The notes under the pieces are model-generated. The model was not told the origin of the DNA. It made no database searches and was given only the letters and a program-made list of their open reading frames with translations. 64,000 nt of DNA from Flaccisagitta enflata (taxonomy: Eukaryota), in assembly GCA_965153355.1 (NCBI GenBank), contig OZ231126.1:49600001-49664000 (forward strand), read 5' to 3'. The position numbers were made by a program, and so were the translations under genes. Below are positions 1-11,150 of this stretch, in pieces. The stretch's first letter is position 1, and each line of letters starts with the position of its first letter.

Positions 1-315
1 AATGTTTGTGTTTTGATATAGAATGTTTGATATCTAATATATATGTTTAGATATTGAATGTTTGTTTCAATATCAAATGGTTTTTTTTTTCAATATTGAA
101 TGTTTACCTTTTAACATTGAATATCTATGTTCCAATATCGAATCTTTGTATCAATATTGAATGTTTATGGCTGGTATCAAACATCTGTTTTAATATCGGA
201 TGTTTATGTTTTCATATCGAAAGTTTGTGTTTTAGTATCGAATGTTCGTGTTTTAGTATCAAATGTTATATATTTCGATATTCGATATTTCAAAATGTTA
301 TCTATTTCGAATTCG
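1..315. repeat. Degenerate ~20-bp AT-rich tandem repeat (consensus like TTTCAATATCGAATGTTTAT)
   Basis: AATAT(C/T)GAATGTTT recurs about every 20 nt and resumes at ~717-780 after the LINE fragment. Confidence 0.75.
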
Positions 316-339
316 GCATGAGTTGGCACCAACGTATCT

Positions 340-715
340 TTTGCCAAATTTCAGAGCAGTGTCGGACGCTCTCGCTTTACTGACGGCTTTGCCTCTACCG
401 CTATAAGACAATGGAATGACAGGCCTGATAGCATCAAGTCAACCAGTGGATTTCAAGTTTTTAAGCTAAAACTTAAAGATAATCTGCTTTCGCAGTATGG
501 TTGATTTTTTACGGATATTTTTTACGGATTTTTACGGACTTGAAACAGTTTTGATTTACGGAGTTTTGAATTCTTATCTTTTTATGAATTTACTTTTAAA
601 GGGACCCTGTTGGAAAAAAGTTGATTACGACTTTTACAGGCTATCCCTCGAGGCAAGCAGCTTTACAATCCCTTTTGTAATTATCTTGTTTCGTAAATAA
701 AATTCATTCATTCAT
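340..715 (+). mobile_element. 5'-truncated LINE 3' end (CR1/L2-group-like)
   Basis: The frame from 382 reads DGFASTAIRQWNDRPDSIKSTSGFQVFKLKLKDNLLSQYG*, matching the F..AI..WN.LP..IK...FK..LK C-terminus of CR1/L2-group ORF2. It is followed by a 3'UTR, AATAAA and an (ATTC)n tail at ~697-715. Confidence 0.7.
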
Positions 716-966
716 TGTTTATGTTTCAATATTGAATGTTAACATTCTAATAACAAATGTTTTTGTTTCATTTTGAATGGTAGCGTTCTGTTTTTATTAT
801 TTATTGTTGTGGTTGTCAATGTTGTTATTTTTGTTGTGGTAATTGAGGATGTTGTTTCTAGTATATTTCTAATTCATAAATTTCTTAATCGAATATTTTC
901 GCGGCAAAATGATGTTCAGATTTCTGTTTTCAAAGGAAACGTTATAGAGATATTGACGGAATATTG

Positions 967-967
<1 letters not shown>

Positions 968-1047
<80 letters not shown>

Positions 1048-1110
1048 CACCGTCACCGTCACCGTCACCGTCACCGTCACCGTCACCGTCACAGTCAGTG
1101 TCAGTGTCAG
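968..1110. repeat. (CA)n, then (GTCACC)n and (GTCAGT)n microsatellites
   Basis: Directly visible. Confidence 0.95.
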
Positions 1111-1393
1111 TATCCGCATGAACCAAATGATTCATTTTAATTAAATTGACACATGTACGTGTACTTTTACAAGATCAAAATAGGAAATCAATCATTTCAT
1201 TATGTAGAGCTTCTCATGGTCTATCTGATGGTGAAATCCGCATGCTTCTATCTTTCTTAGTTCGCGTTTGGCAACCTGTCAAAGACGAAAGGTGTTCGTC
1301 ACGAATCTCCGATTTCAAAATGTTCGTTTCGCCGTTTCGTTTGCGAAGGAAGCAAAAAGGAATTTAATCAATGACTTTACTTGGGCTGTCATT

Positions 1394-1500
1394 GCTCGCG
1401 GTTTGGTCTAGTGGTTAACGCGCTTGACATTAGTTGGAAATGTTTCTTATTGCTGGTGACATTTCTTTGTTGAGCTGCGAGTTCGAACCCGGGGGAAACT
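1394..1500 (+). mobile_element. tRNA-derived SINE head or tRNA pseudogene (Pol III A and B boxes)
   Basis: A box TGGTCTAGTGG at 1404-1414 and B box GTTCGAACC at 1481-1489. The spacing is too long for an intronless tRNA and there is no clean acceptor stem. Confidence 0.5.
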
Positions 1501-1824
1501 ATCGAATTTCTTTTTCTCAAGGTTAACATGCTCCAATTGAGCTAAAATTTTTTCAGGCAACAAAGTCAAGCATGGGCTTTAAGAAAATGTATAGATTATG
1601 ACAGTTTGTGCAAAGATGTGACTATGAGGGGAGCCTCCAAAAAAGCCGTCTTTGAACTAAACGTACTGTACGAGGGATCGTGAGAATGAACCGTAATGAG
1701 CGCCATTCAAAGATGAAGCGGCGAAGTCCAACGAGATCGTTAACGAAGAGCCGCGGATTTCAATCGGTTTTAGCGCGAGCAGGCGAAGAGTCGCAAATTT
1801 CAATTGGCTTAAGCGCAAGCAGGC

Positions 1825-1864
<40 letters not shown>

Positions 1865-2782
1865 TTCGTGTGTCTGGAAAGCAAGATACTCTCAAAACTT
1901 TTCAACATTAGCGATACTTTCAAAGAACCTTTAGACGTGAGGTTTACGACCATTCCGTCTTCAATGTGGCTATAGGAAGGGCTTCGATCGAAGTTGCCAA
2001 AGTAGACTGGTTGTTGGCGACAACAAGCTCTGAAGATTGGACTCTACAGCGTCATCGATTGGCTAGCGATGCACTTGCCAGGAAGATGGAGCGAATCCTT
2101 CTGATAGAGGAAGAAACTAATATTTTTGTGAAGCAGGGGTTATAAATGTATATGAACGAGCTCTACTATATTTTTTGTATGAGATGGTATCGTAGATAAT
2201 GGCGTCATGGCAAAATTGAAATCTAACAGTATCTTATTCTGACTTGTCTGGCCGTGACAAGTAAAGGGAAATTATTGAAGTGAAGTATTCCGTCATTCAA
2301 GTCAGTCATTCAAGTAAAATAGGGTACCCTTCCACGCAAGCACACAATTGGATTGTTCACGAGTTTTTCTTTCCATTTCACCAATATCAATAATTTATTT
2401 CGGGAAAAAGTCATCTTTGGATATCATATCCCCTTAAATTTGCGCTGAGTCAAATGTTTTTAGTTTTTCGTGTTTTTTTTTTGGGGGGGGGGGGCGAAAG
2501 AGAATGCGAAAGGATCAGAGGCGCAAAAAAGATGGAAGTGAGTAAAATTAAGGAGGAAGGCGAGAAATGAAATAGGGGGGAAGTAAGAGTCGACGTCGAT
2601 GAGTAGTATTAAAAGAGGGATAAAAGTCGAGACTAGATGAGAAATCGCGATGTACTATAACTAGGGATATTTATAAAATGTACATGTGGTTGGAAACGCG
2701 TGGGGGAAAGTTGGAAGAAGTGACGACTTCCCCAGAAATAACTTCCCCAAATACCATTTCGCAGCGTCGGTAGATGACCGGT

Positions 2783-3922
2783 CTAGCAGTCATCATCAGA
2801 TGAGCTTTCTGAGTTGTGACGATCATGTCGGCTATTGCGATTTTTATCACAACGATAATTATCATCATAGCGGTGAGAACGATCGCCGTCGCGATGGGAA
2901 TGATGAGACTGGTTGTTGTATTTGCGGGAACGCTCGTCGTAATCGCGGTAAAGGTCGTCGTAATTGCGGGAACGGCCGTTGTAATCGCAGGAACGGCCAT
3001 CGTAATCGCGGGAACGGCCATCGTAATCGCGGGAACGGCCATCGTAATCGCGGGAACGGCCATTGTAATCGCGGGAACGGCCATTGTAATCGCGGGAGCG
3101 GACATTGTAACTGTCACGAGAATGGCGTCCGTCGTGGCGTTCATCGCTGTCACGTGGTTGGCGTCTATGATCACGTGGTTGGCGACAAGTATGATCATCA
3201 TCGTCGCTATCAGAAGATGAGTGACGATTAAGATGCTGGAGCTCAGATTGGAGTTCATCCATCTGGAGCCTGCATGCTTTGAATGACGTTTCTAAGGCGT
3301 CAAGGCCATCGTGAAAGACAACTGCTGCCGCTGATGCACTGGCAGTGTCAGCAGGCGATTGGGTGGCCACCAATTTTTGATCGGCGAGAGATGTTTGGAG
3401 GCGAAGCGCGATCTTTTTGGCATTGTCGATGGACATTGCATCCTCGTCGCAACCAAGGTCAATTTCCTGACGGTAGTTCTGCGGCAAAGCTCCTCTGAAC
3501 CGAAAGAAGAATTCGTCCTCCCAGTTTTCTGGTTTTTCGTTGATCATGACAGCATTTTTGACCCTCGTAGCCAGGGCGTGAAAGCTTTCCTTTCCATCCC
3601 ATTTGATGGAATTCTTATTGATTCGCCAGTTGTATTTCTCCTGTGGATGGATGAGCAGGCTTTGCAACTCAACTTTGAGTTCGTTCCAATCATCTTTGGT
3701 GCAGCTTTTAAGGACGTCACGAGCTGTTGCATCCAGCTTGAGTGGTAGCCACTGTCTGCAGAGGAAATTTTGGCGATCTGGTGTTGTTGCGCCTGTTGCG
3801 ACGATAACTCCACTTTCGAGTAACGGAAGCCATTCGCTCATAACATGGACACCAGATTGGTAGTTCTCCACCGGGATGGATGTTGCTGGCGTTTCATTTT
3901 CATCTGGCGCTGGATCCGGCAT
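2783..3922 (-). CDS. Retrotransposon Gag-like protein (Ty3/gypsy-type capsid region, coiled coil, RSRDYDG-repeat tail), 379 aa, uninterrupted
   Basis: Complex ORF with Gag-like motifs (LPLKLDATA, DDWNELKVELQSLL, IKWDGKESFHALATRVK, FFFRFRGALPQNYRQEI). A PBS-like site and LTR-like segment lie upstream. No CCHC knuckle and no protease or RT downstream. Confidence 0.75.
   Translation of the reverse strand: MPDPAPDENETPATSIPVENYQSGVHVMSEWLPLLESGVIVATGATTPDRQNFLCRQWLPLKLDATARDVLKSCTKDDWNELKVELQSLLIHPQEKYNWRINKNSIKWDGKESFHALATRVKNAVMINEKPENWEDEFFFRFRGALPQNYRQEIDLGCDEDAMSIDNAKKIALRLQTSLADQKLVATQSPADTASASAAAVVFHDGLDALETSFKACRLQMDELQSELQHLNRHSSSDSDDDDHTCRQPRDHRRQPRDSDERHDGRHSRDSYNVRSRDYNGRSRDYNGRSRDYDGRSRDYDGRSRDYDGRSCDYNGRSRNYDDLYRDYDERSRKYNNQSHHSHRDGDRSHRYDDNYRCDKNRNSRHDRHNSESSSDDDC
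2924..3110 (-). repeat. 21-bp coding tandem repeat (~8-9 copies, GRSRDY[D/N])
   Basis: CGGGAACGGCCATCGTAATCG repeated on the + strand. Confidence 0.9.
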
Positions 3923-4044
3923 TTTGATAAAAGTTCACCGGCGTTTCCAATGTTTGAATGTTTTAAAATGAATGTTTTTGTTAGAACAAGAGTTTCAAAT
4001 AAGAACAATTCGATCATTAACTAAAAACAAAACCCTAAAGCATG

Positions 4045-4056
4045 ACTGGGGCCCCA
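4045..4056 (-). promoter_or_regulatory. Putative primer-binding site TGGGGCCCCAGT
   Basis: On the minus strand it follows ...CTTTCA (putative LTR end) after a short T run, ~120 nt upstream of the gag ATG. Confidence 0.5.
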
Positions 4057-4061
4057 AAAAA

Positions 4062-4982
4062 TGAAAGTCATAATCTCGTGGCGCTGTTCCGTGGGAAAGG
4101 AGACGAAATCCACTGGTGTTCCACAAGCCTGCACCCGATCCCTCACGGCTGCAGGGTCGAAGTTATCGGCGGGACAAGTATACTAACCAGCTGAAGACGT
4201 CTGAAGAAGGAAGGATTACCAGCTGGGTTTTAAGGGAGACGGCTTGCATACCAGGCAGCGACAGGTACACAGGTCGGGCACACTGCCACAAGGAGAAGAC
4301 CTCGAAGGACTGCGACTCGGCGTTCAGCCCAATCACTGAGGGACTCCCGAGTGCTCTTAGCGGGAAGATTTGAGCAGGCACTTTGGAACTTGACGTAAAA
4401 TCGTTGATCGTCCGGCGATCCCCTAATATAGTCGCCAACTTGACAAAGACTGACTCGGAGTATGGTCAGGGTAGTACAGGGGCTCAGATTGGCCGATGTA
4501 CCAGCTGTAAGGGACAAAATCTTGCATACCCTCACAATTCCAAGCGCAAGCCCATCCTCACCATGGCGAAGCGGTCCTTGGTCTAGGAAGGGTTACTTGG
4601 GGCACTTGGGCACACCTGCCTTGTCTTGAAGGAAGAATGAGTCTTGGATATTGATGAAGTTGTCTTGCATCTAGGAGAGGGAACAGGCTCGAAGTAGTTA
4701 CGGTGTTGATGGTTGATAAACGGTGTTGATTATTGAAGACTACGCGGACAGCTATACTACCCTATACAGGGGCCCCAGTGATACCTCATACAATGTAAGG
4801 AAAAGGAGAGAATATGATTAATGATGCATCGGCGTATAAGAATGACAATAAGGTCAATGATCACTGGGACTGATATTATGACAGTTAATGAACTTACAAT
4901 AATTGAAGCTATGACTACTTCACGGTAATATTCATAAGATTCTTCCATGGCATTGGTGGAGTCCAGCCATGCTACTTTTACA
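4062..4982 (-). mobile_element. Putative 5' LTR of the Gag element
   Basis: The minus strand starts TGTAAAAGT and ends ACTTTCA (TG..CA with an imperfect terminal inverted repeat), immediately before the PBS-like site. No second copy is in the window. Confidence 0.45.
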
Positions 4983-5026
4983 GTATTTCATCCCTTACAT
5001 CTTTTTCTTTCGGTTTTCCGTCTGAG

Positions 5027-5088
<62 letters not shown>

Positions 5089-5131
5089 ATAACAATGTCT
5101 TTCCAGATTTTCGAAGGCCCATGCCCTCTTT

Positions 5132-5258
5132 TTAGGTGCGACAAAGCACCTCTATAACTGGCTGTGTCCCTCGGTTGGTCTGTCGGTTGGTCTGTCGGTC
5201 TGTAACGCATTTGTTCGACGATCCACACCTTGCACCTATTGGCCTACTTGGCCTTGTT
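5132..5258 (+). mobile_element. DINE-1/HINE-like element, TAGGTGC subfamily (second copy at 52989-53151)
   Basis: 5' TTAGGTGC, GTCY microsatellite, 3' GCACCTA subterminal IR, hairpin GGCC-TACTT-GGCC, terminal TTGTT. Confidence 0.7.
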
Positions 5259-6098
5259 CAAGGAATAAAGCCTGTAATGCAGACGGTACAAATTATTTGG
5301 AAAAAAGTCGAAGAGACGAAGTCCCTTCGGTCTTTTTGAGTCCTGCAGAGAAAAACAGATTTCCCTTTGTTTTATAAAGCGTTTGGGAAAGTTGCTGCAT
5401 TTTGGGGGCAGAATGAGACTATGCATAAAATTAATAGCTAAAGAATAGCAAATTCTCTTCTTTCAGATGACGCCAAACAGAATTCTGTGCGATCAATAGT
5501 TATGGAGCTATGCTTTTTTAAATCTTTTTTTATTTTTTCGCATTTTTTGCATTTTTCCCAATACAAGGAATCGAGATAGTTGAAGTCTATTTGAACTTTG
5601 AAATGTCCCAGGTGATGATTGTGCATCCTGGCAGCACAATCTCTCTCTCATTTCAACTCTGGACTCTATGAGAGGCTTTGTCCATCAGTCCATCCATGGG
5701 TCTATTAGTCCATCTGTCCATCCAAGTGGAAAAGTAGAAAAACAAGCGATCTAGATGCTTGTGTGTGGGGGTTGGGGTTGGAGTGTGGATGGGGGTTTGA
5801 TGCCTCTGTCTACCTGTCCGCAACGATATTGTAACCCCGTGTTACGTGAGAGAAGAGGACAGGGAGAGAGAGAGAAGGGGAGAGAGAAAATGAGAATGGG
5901 AAAGAGAAAGAGAGAGAGAAAGAGAAAAAGAGACGAGCAAACAAAGAACAAACAGAGAAACACATGTAGAGAGTGGAACAAACCAAAAAGATGCCCGGAG
6001 AAAAAAAAGGCAATCAACCAGACAAAACACAATTACAAAAAAATTCCAAAACCTCGCACTTACGACTTTTTTCCTACGGCGAGAGCCCCGCCTTTATT

Positions 6099-6204
<106 letters not shown>

Positions 6205-6336
6205 AGTCTCTGTCTTTTTGGGGTCGCCCTTTGCATCAAGTCGTGATATAAGTTTGCACTGAGAAAGATTGCATTCCCTAGAGATAAAGCCATGTTGCTG
6301 AAGCATTACCTTTTCACGTGCGCAAACGCACGTATA

Positions 6337-7897
6337 CTACCCGAATTAAAAAAACAAGGCCAAGAGATGTCCAATAGATGCGTCCTCTTTAGACATAAGA
6401 TATTATCATACAAATTATTAAGATATAAAGATATTAAGATATAATAATGTGAAGATACTAAGATTCAGAGATAAAGAGAAAAATATAAACTGATTCCTCT
6501 CCCCCCTTCCGACTTCTCTCCACCCCACCCCCCATGCCTCCCCACCCCCCTCCCCACGCCTCCCCATCCTACCCCACCCCTCCCCCCATGCCTCCCCACC
6601 CCTCCCCCCACGCCTCCACATCCCTCCCCCTTGCCTTCCCACCCCTCCCCCCTCCCCCACGCCTCCCCACACCCCCGCCTCATCCTCACAAAGAGACATG
6701 AAGGGACTTGGAGAGACATGGAGAGATAATGTTGTCCTACTCTCATAGAGAGACATGAAGAGACATCAGAAAACATGAGGAGACATAAGAGACATATAGA
6801 GACCTGAAAAGAAATAAGAGACATAAGAGACATAAGAGACCTAAGAGATAAACGAGACATAAGAGATAAAAGATATATAAGAGATATGAGATATAAGAGA
6901 TATAAGAGACATAAGAGACATAAGAGACATAAGAGAAATATGAGACATATAGGAGACATAGGAGACATAAGAGACATAAAGGAGACATATAGGAGATAAA
7001 AGAGACAAAGACACATATGAGAAATAAGAGACATAAGATACCTATGAGACCTACGATACATAATAGAAATAAGAGAAATAAGTGACATAAGAGACATATA
7101 GGAGACATAAGAGACATATAGGAGACAAAAGAGACGAAAGAGACGAAAAAGTTGAAAGAGACAAAAGAAATATAAGAGAAAAGAAGATACATGAAGAGAA
7201 ATGAAGAGAAAACCTTAAAAATCGCGTTTTGAAATTTTCCTATTTCATACAGACAGACAGACCGACCAAGGGACAGACCCTCTTATAGAGATGCGAGGAC
7301 GCATCTAAAAACGCAAGTTTTTCTATAGCTCATTTTTGTGCCTTTGGCTAACTTAAGACATGATTTATTGGTGACCAAATTGAAGATTTTTTCGAGGGCT
7401 TTCTTTTGAGCGCAATCCCACATCTGTAGCTTTATTCGTTTAGAAGTTATACTCAAAAGAAGGTGCAGGGGTCCAAATTTCAAAATGCAGTACGAGGAAA
7501 AAAAGGGATATTTTGGGGTGAAGGTAATGGAGTAATTGTACCACCATGAGCAATCAGGCATTGTTTTACCCATGTAGTTTTCTTTCATAACTCTTATATT
7601 TCATTTCAATATTGTCTGTGATAAAAAATCAGCACTGGATGTGATTAATTACAATAAAACCTTCAAAGTCATCATGGACTCTTAACTGAAAATCAAAGGC
7701 AAAATTTTTAAAGTACATGTCACTTTTGCATGGCAATTTCTCCGCATCAGCTTGATTCTGAAAGCTAAAACTCTTGGATATGATGCATGGAAGCTCAAAT
7801 AAACCAAACCAGCTTGCAAAATGCTGCTCAGAGGGAAAAGGTAGCCTTATTCAATCACTTTTATGAAAAAAACTTGCGTTTTTTTTAATTCGGGTAG
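6337..7897. mobile_element. TA-flanked TIR element (non-autonomous DNA transposon) with a nested insertion in its left TIR
   Basis: TA|CTACCCGAATTAAAAAAA ... TTTTTTTTAATTCGGGTAG|TA. The left TIR continues (ACGCAAGTTTTT) at 7311. Confidence 0.75.
6353..7309 (-). mobile_element. HINE-like element (TAGATGCG subfamily) with internal (GAGACATAA)n and C-rich repeats
   Basis: Ends read AACAAGGCC... and ...GATGCGAGGACGCATCTAAAA on +. It is inserted in an A-run with no evident TSD. Confidence 0.65.
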
Positions 7898-8669
7898 TAT
7901 GTGACAGGACATGTCCGTTCGTCGGTTCATATCACGTCACGTTCGTCGGTAAATACCACTTTAATCTCCAGCAACGACCCAACCCACAATGGAATGTGGC
8001 TGGTGATAGCCAGCGGTATGACAATTTTTTTTTCTTTGAAAACGGGCCTAAATCTGAAGGAAACACTTGCTAAAAACATTTTAGCATATGTCTCAGTCAA
8101 TTTCAGCATAAAAAAATCCCATACGAGTGCTTAAAAAAGCGACCAAATCATGATAATTAGGAAAATAGAAAAAAACGCCAAAAACAGAGGCAAATTTTAG
8201 GGGTCAAATTTTTTTATCAAATGATCATTCCAAGTCAAAAGTTGACCACAATCTATTGAATTAGAGTCTATACTGAGGTTTAAAACCAAAAATTGACCCA
8301 TTTATTCATTTTGCATAGTCCTCACCCCACCTTGAATTTGGGGCCTTCTATCTCATTTGCATGCGTATACAAATCAATTTCAGAAAAAAAACGCTGGGGA
8401 TCGCCGGGCCTGAAATTATCATAGGAAGGTCGCTAACTGTGTTATTGATAAGGAAAACATAGTGAGAATAGGTCAAACTAGGGCCAACATACCTTAATTC
8501 TCCTGTTTTGATGATGGGTGAAAAAGAGCTTTGATTCCTTTCTTTCTATCTCTATCTCTCACATAGTTAATTTATATGTAGCTATCTCTCTCTCATCTTA
8601 GTGAATCTAGAAATGGAACAGGATTGATAATCTCCAGTTTCTTTTTATCTTTTAACTTTACACCAACTT

Positions 8670-10085
8670 TGATTCTTCTTTCTCTTCTTATTCTTGTTTT
8701 TGCTGATCTTCTTCTTCTTCCTCTTCTTCTTCTTCTTCCTCTTCCTCTTCTTCTTCTTCTTCATCTTCTTCTTCTCCTTCTTCTTCTTCCTCTCCTTCTT
8801 CTACTACTTCTTTTACTTCTTCTTCTCCTTTTTTTTCATCTTTTTCTAGTACTTCTTCTTCTTCTTCTTCTTCAACATCTTTAACTTCTTCTTCTTCTTC
8901 TTCATCTTCTTCTTCTTCTTCTTCTTCTTCTTCTTCTTCTTCTTCTTCTTCTTCTTCTTCTTCTTCTTTTACTTCTTTCTGGTTGCCCAATCAGTACCAA
9001 AGTTTTGATTCATTCTAATGCCTTTCCCCGTTCTTGTCCTTCTTCTTATTCGTCTTGTTATTCTTCTTTGTCTTCTTCTTCTTCTTCTTCTTCTTTTTCT
9101 TCTTCTTCTTCTTCTTCTTCTTCTTCTTCTTCTTCTTCTTCCTTTACCTCTTCTTCTCCTTCTTCTCCTTCTTATTCTGTTCTTCCTTGCGTCATTATGA
9201 TAAAAGTAATTTTTTAACATTCCTCGTGCTAATGCCTCCTTCTTCTCCTCCGCCTTCTTCTTCTTCTTCATCTTCCTCTTCTCCTTCCTCTTCCTCTTTT
9301 TTTTTCTTCTTCGTCTTCTTTTTCTTTTTCTTTTTATTTTCTTTTTCTTTTTCTTTTTCTTCTTCTTCTTCTTCTTCTTCTTTTCCTTCTTTCTGTTGCC
9401 TAATCTAGTACTGATCTTCTGATTCTTCTTCTTCTTCTTCTTCTTCTTCTTCTTCTTCTTCTTCTTCTTCTTCTTCTTCTTCTTCTTCTCTTCTCTTTTT
9501 CCTTCTTCTTTTCTTCTTCTCCTTCTTCCTCTTCTTCTCCTTCTTCTTGTCCTTCTTCTTTTCCTTCTTCTTCTTCTTCTTCTCCTTCTTCTCCTTCTCC
9601 TTCTTATTCTTTTTCTTCTTCTTCTTCTTCTTCTTCTTCTTCTGTTCTTCCTCGCGTCATTATGATAAAAATAATTTTTTCAGCATTCCTTGTGCTAATG
9701 CCTCCTTTTTCTCCTCCGCCTTCTTCTTCTTCATCTTCCTCTTCTTCTTCTTCTTCTTTTTTTTCTTCTTCTTCTTCTTCTACTTCTTTTTCTTCTTCTT
9801 CTTCTACTTCTTTTTCTTCTTATTCTTTTTGTTTTCTTCCTGTTCTCATTATTTCCCTACGTAATAAAACATTAAAACTGAAACTAATCTTTTAAATCTT
9901 CAATCACTTGATTCCTCCTCCTCCTCCTCCTCCCTCTCCTCCTCCTCCTCTTCCTCCTCCTCCTCCTCCACCTTCTTCTCCACCACCTTTGTCGCATTCT
10001 TCTTCCCCTCCTTCATCTACTTCATCTTCTTCTTTGACATTTTTGTCTTCTCCTTCCTTTTCACCTTCTTCTTCCTCTTCTCTCT
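8670..10085. repeat. (TTC)n/(TCC)n low-complexity block with an internal duplicated segment
   Basis: Directly visible. GCGTCATTATGATAAAA...GTGCTAATGCCTCC occurs at ~9189 and ~9654. Confidence 0.9.
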
Positions 10086-11049
10086 TTCAGTACTTTTGTC
10101 ATTTTTTTTGCCAGAATTTTGATTGCCGGTCTATGCCGGACTTCTTCAACATGAGGCCCAAAAATTATGAAATAAGCCACTTTGGTTCGCCTAAACGTTC
10201 TTTTTTTGTCAATTCTATGAGGGAGGAATCCATTTTGGTTGAAAAATTAGTAAATCAATGGCGTAGATAGAGAGACATGCAGGTGTAAGCTTCCTCGCTC
10301 GCTCTGAACACTCACATCCCATTGTGCAACCCCTAAAATCACCATTACGCCGTTGGATGTTCGACCTGTAAGTCTGCTGATAGGTGACGAACTCCTTCGA
10401 CCATCATTTGAGCAAGCTTGATGATCAACTTGATCTGGTCTACTGTTTAGTTTATGCTGCACTTTGTTGGTCCGTCGAATTGTGCTCAAAGAAATGTGCT
10501 CTAATTGTTTATGAGTAGCTTACATTTTTCATACGATTACATGTTTTTCCATAAACTCATCGACTTCGTCCAATCGTCAGCGACTTATCCTACCGTGTAT
10601 CCGGCCTTGTTATAAGCGAGGACCCTCTTATTCCTCCACTTTTTTTCTCAATCCCAAAGATGAAGAAATAATAGAAAAGAAGCAAGGAGGGATTTTATTC
10701 TTGACAGAAATTATCGTTCCCAGCGGCTTTGAACGAACAGAGGAAAGAAGCGCGAAGTGCCCTGTGTGAGAAAACGAATGTTTGGGAAAGTCGAAGTCAA
10801 AGGATGAAAGATAGACAGATAAAAGAAAAAGGACAGGAGTAACAACAAAAATAGGGGGCTAAAGGAAATAAGAGAAACGGGAAAAATAAAGACGGAATAA
10901 GCACAAAAAAAAACAGAGAGAGAGAAAAAAAAATCAAATTAAGGGGTGGTCGATCGAGAAATGAAATCAGGACAATGAAGAAAACGAAAGAATGTAAGAA
11001 CGAAAAAAAGGATGAAAGAAATAATGAAAGAAAGAAAGAAATATTGAAA

Positions 11050-11147
<98 letters not shown>

Positions 11148-11150
11148 AAA
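11050..11150. repeat. (GAAA)n microsatellite
   Basis: Directly visible. Confidence 0.95.

Noticed and set aside
1870-2258. Possible 3' LTR or solo LTR ending CCGTGACA
   Set aside because: No similarity to 4062-4982, no PPT and no TSD found.
2671-3258. Alternative-frame ORFs over gag (195, 181 and 134 aa)
   Set aside because: Shadows of the 21-bp coding repeat.
10316-10500. Possible minus-strand host exon (AG...GTGAGT)
   Set aside because: One open frame but no recognisable domain, a weak acceptor and no partner exons.
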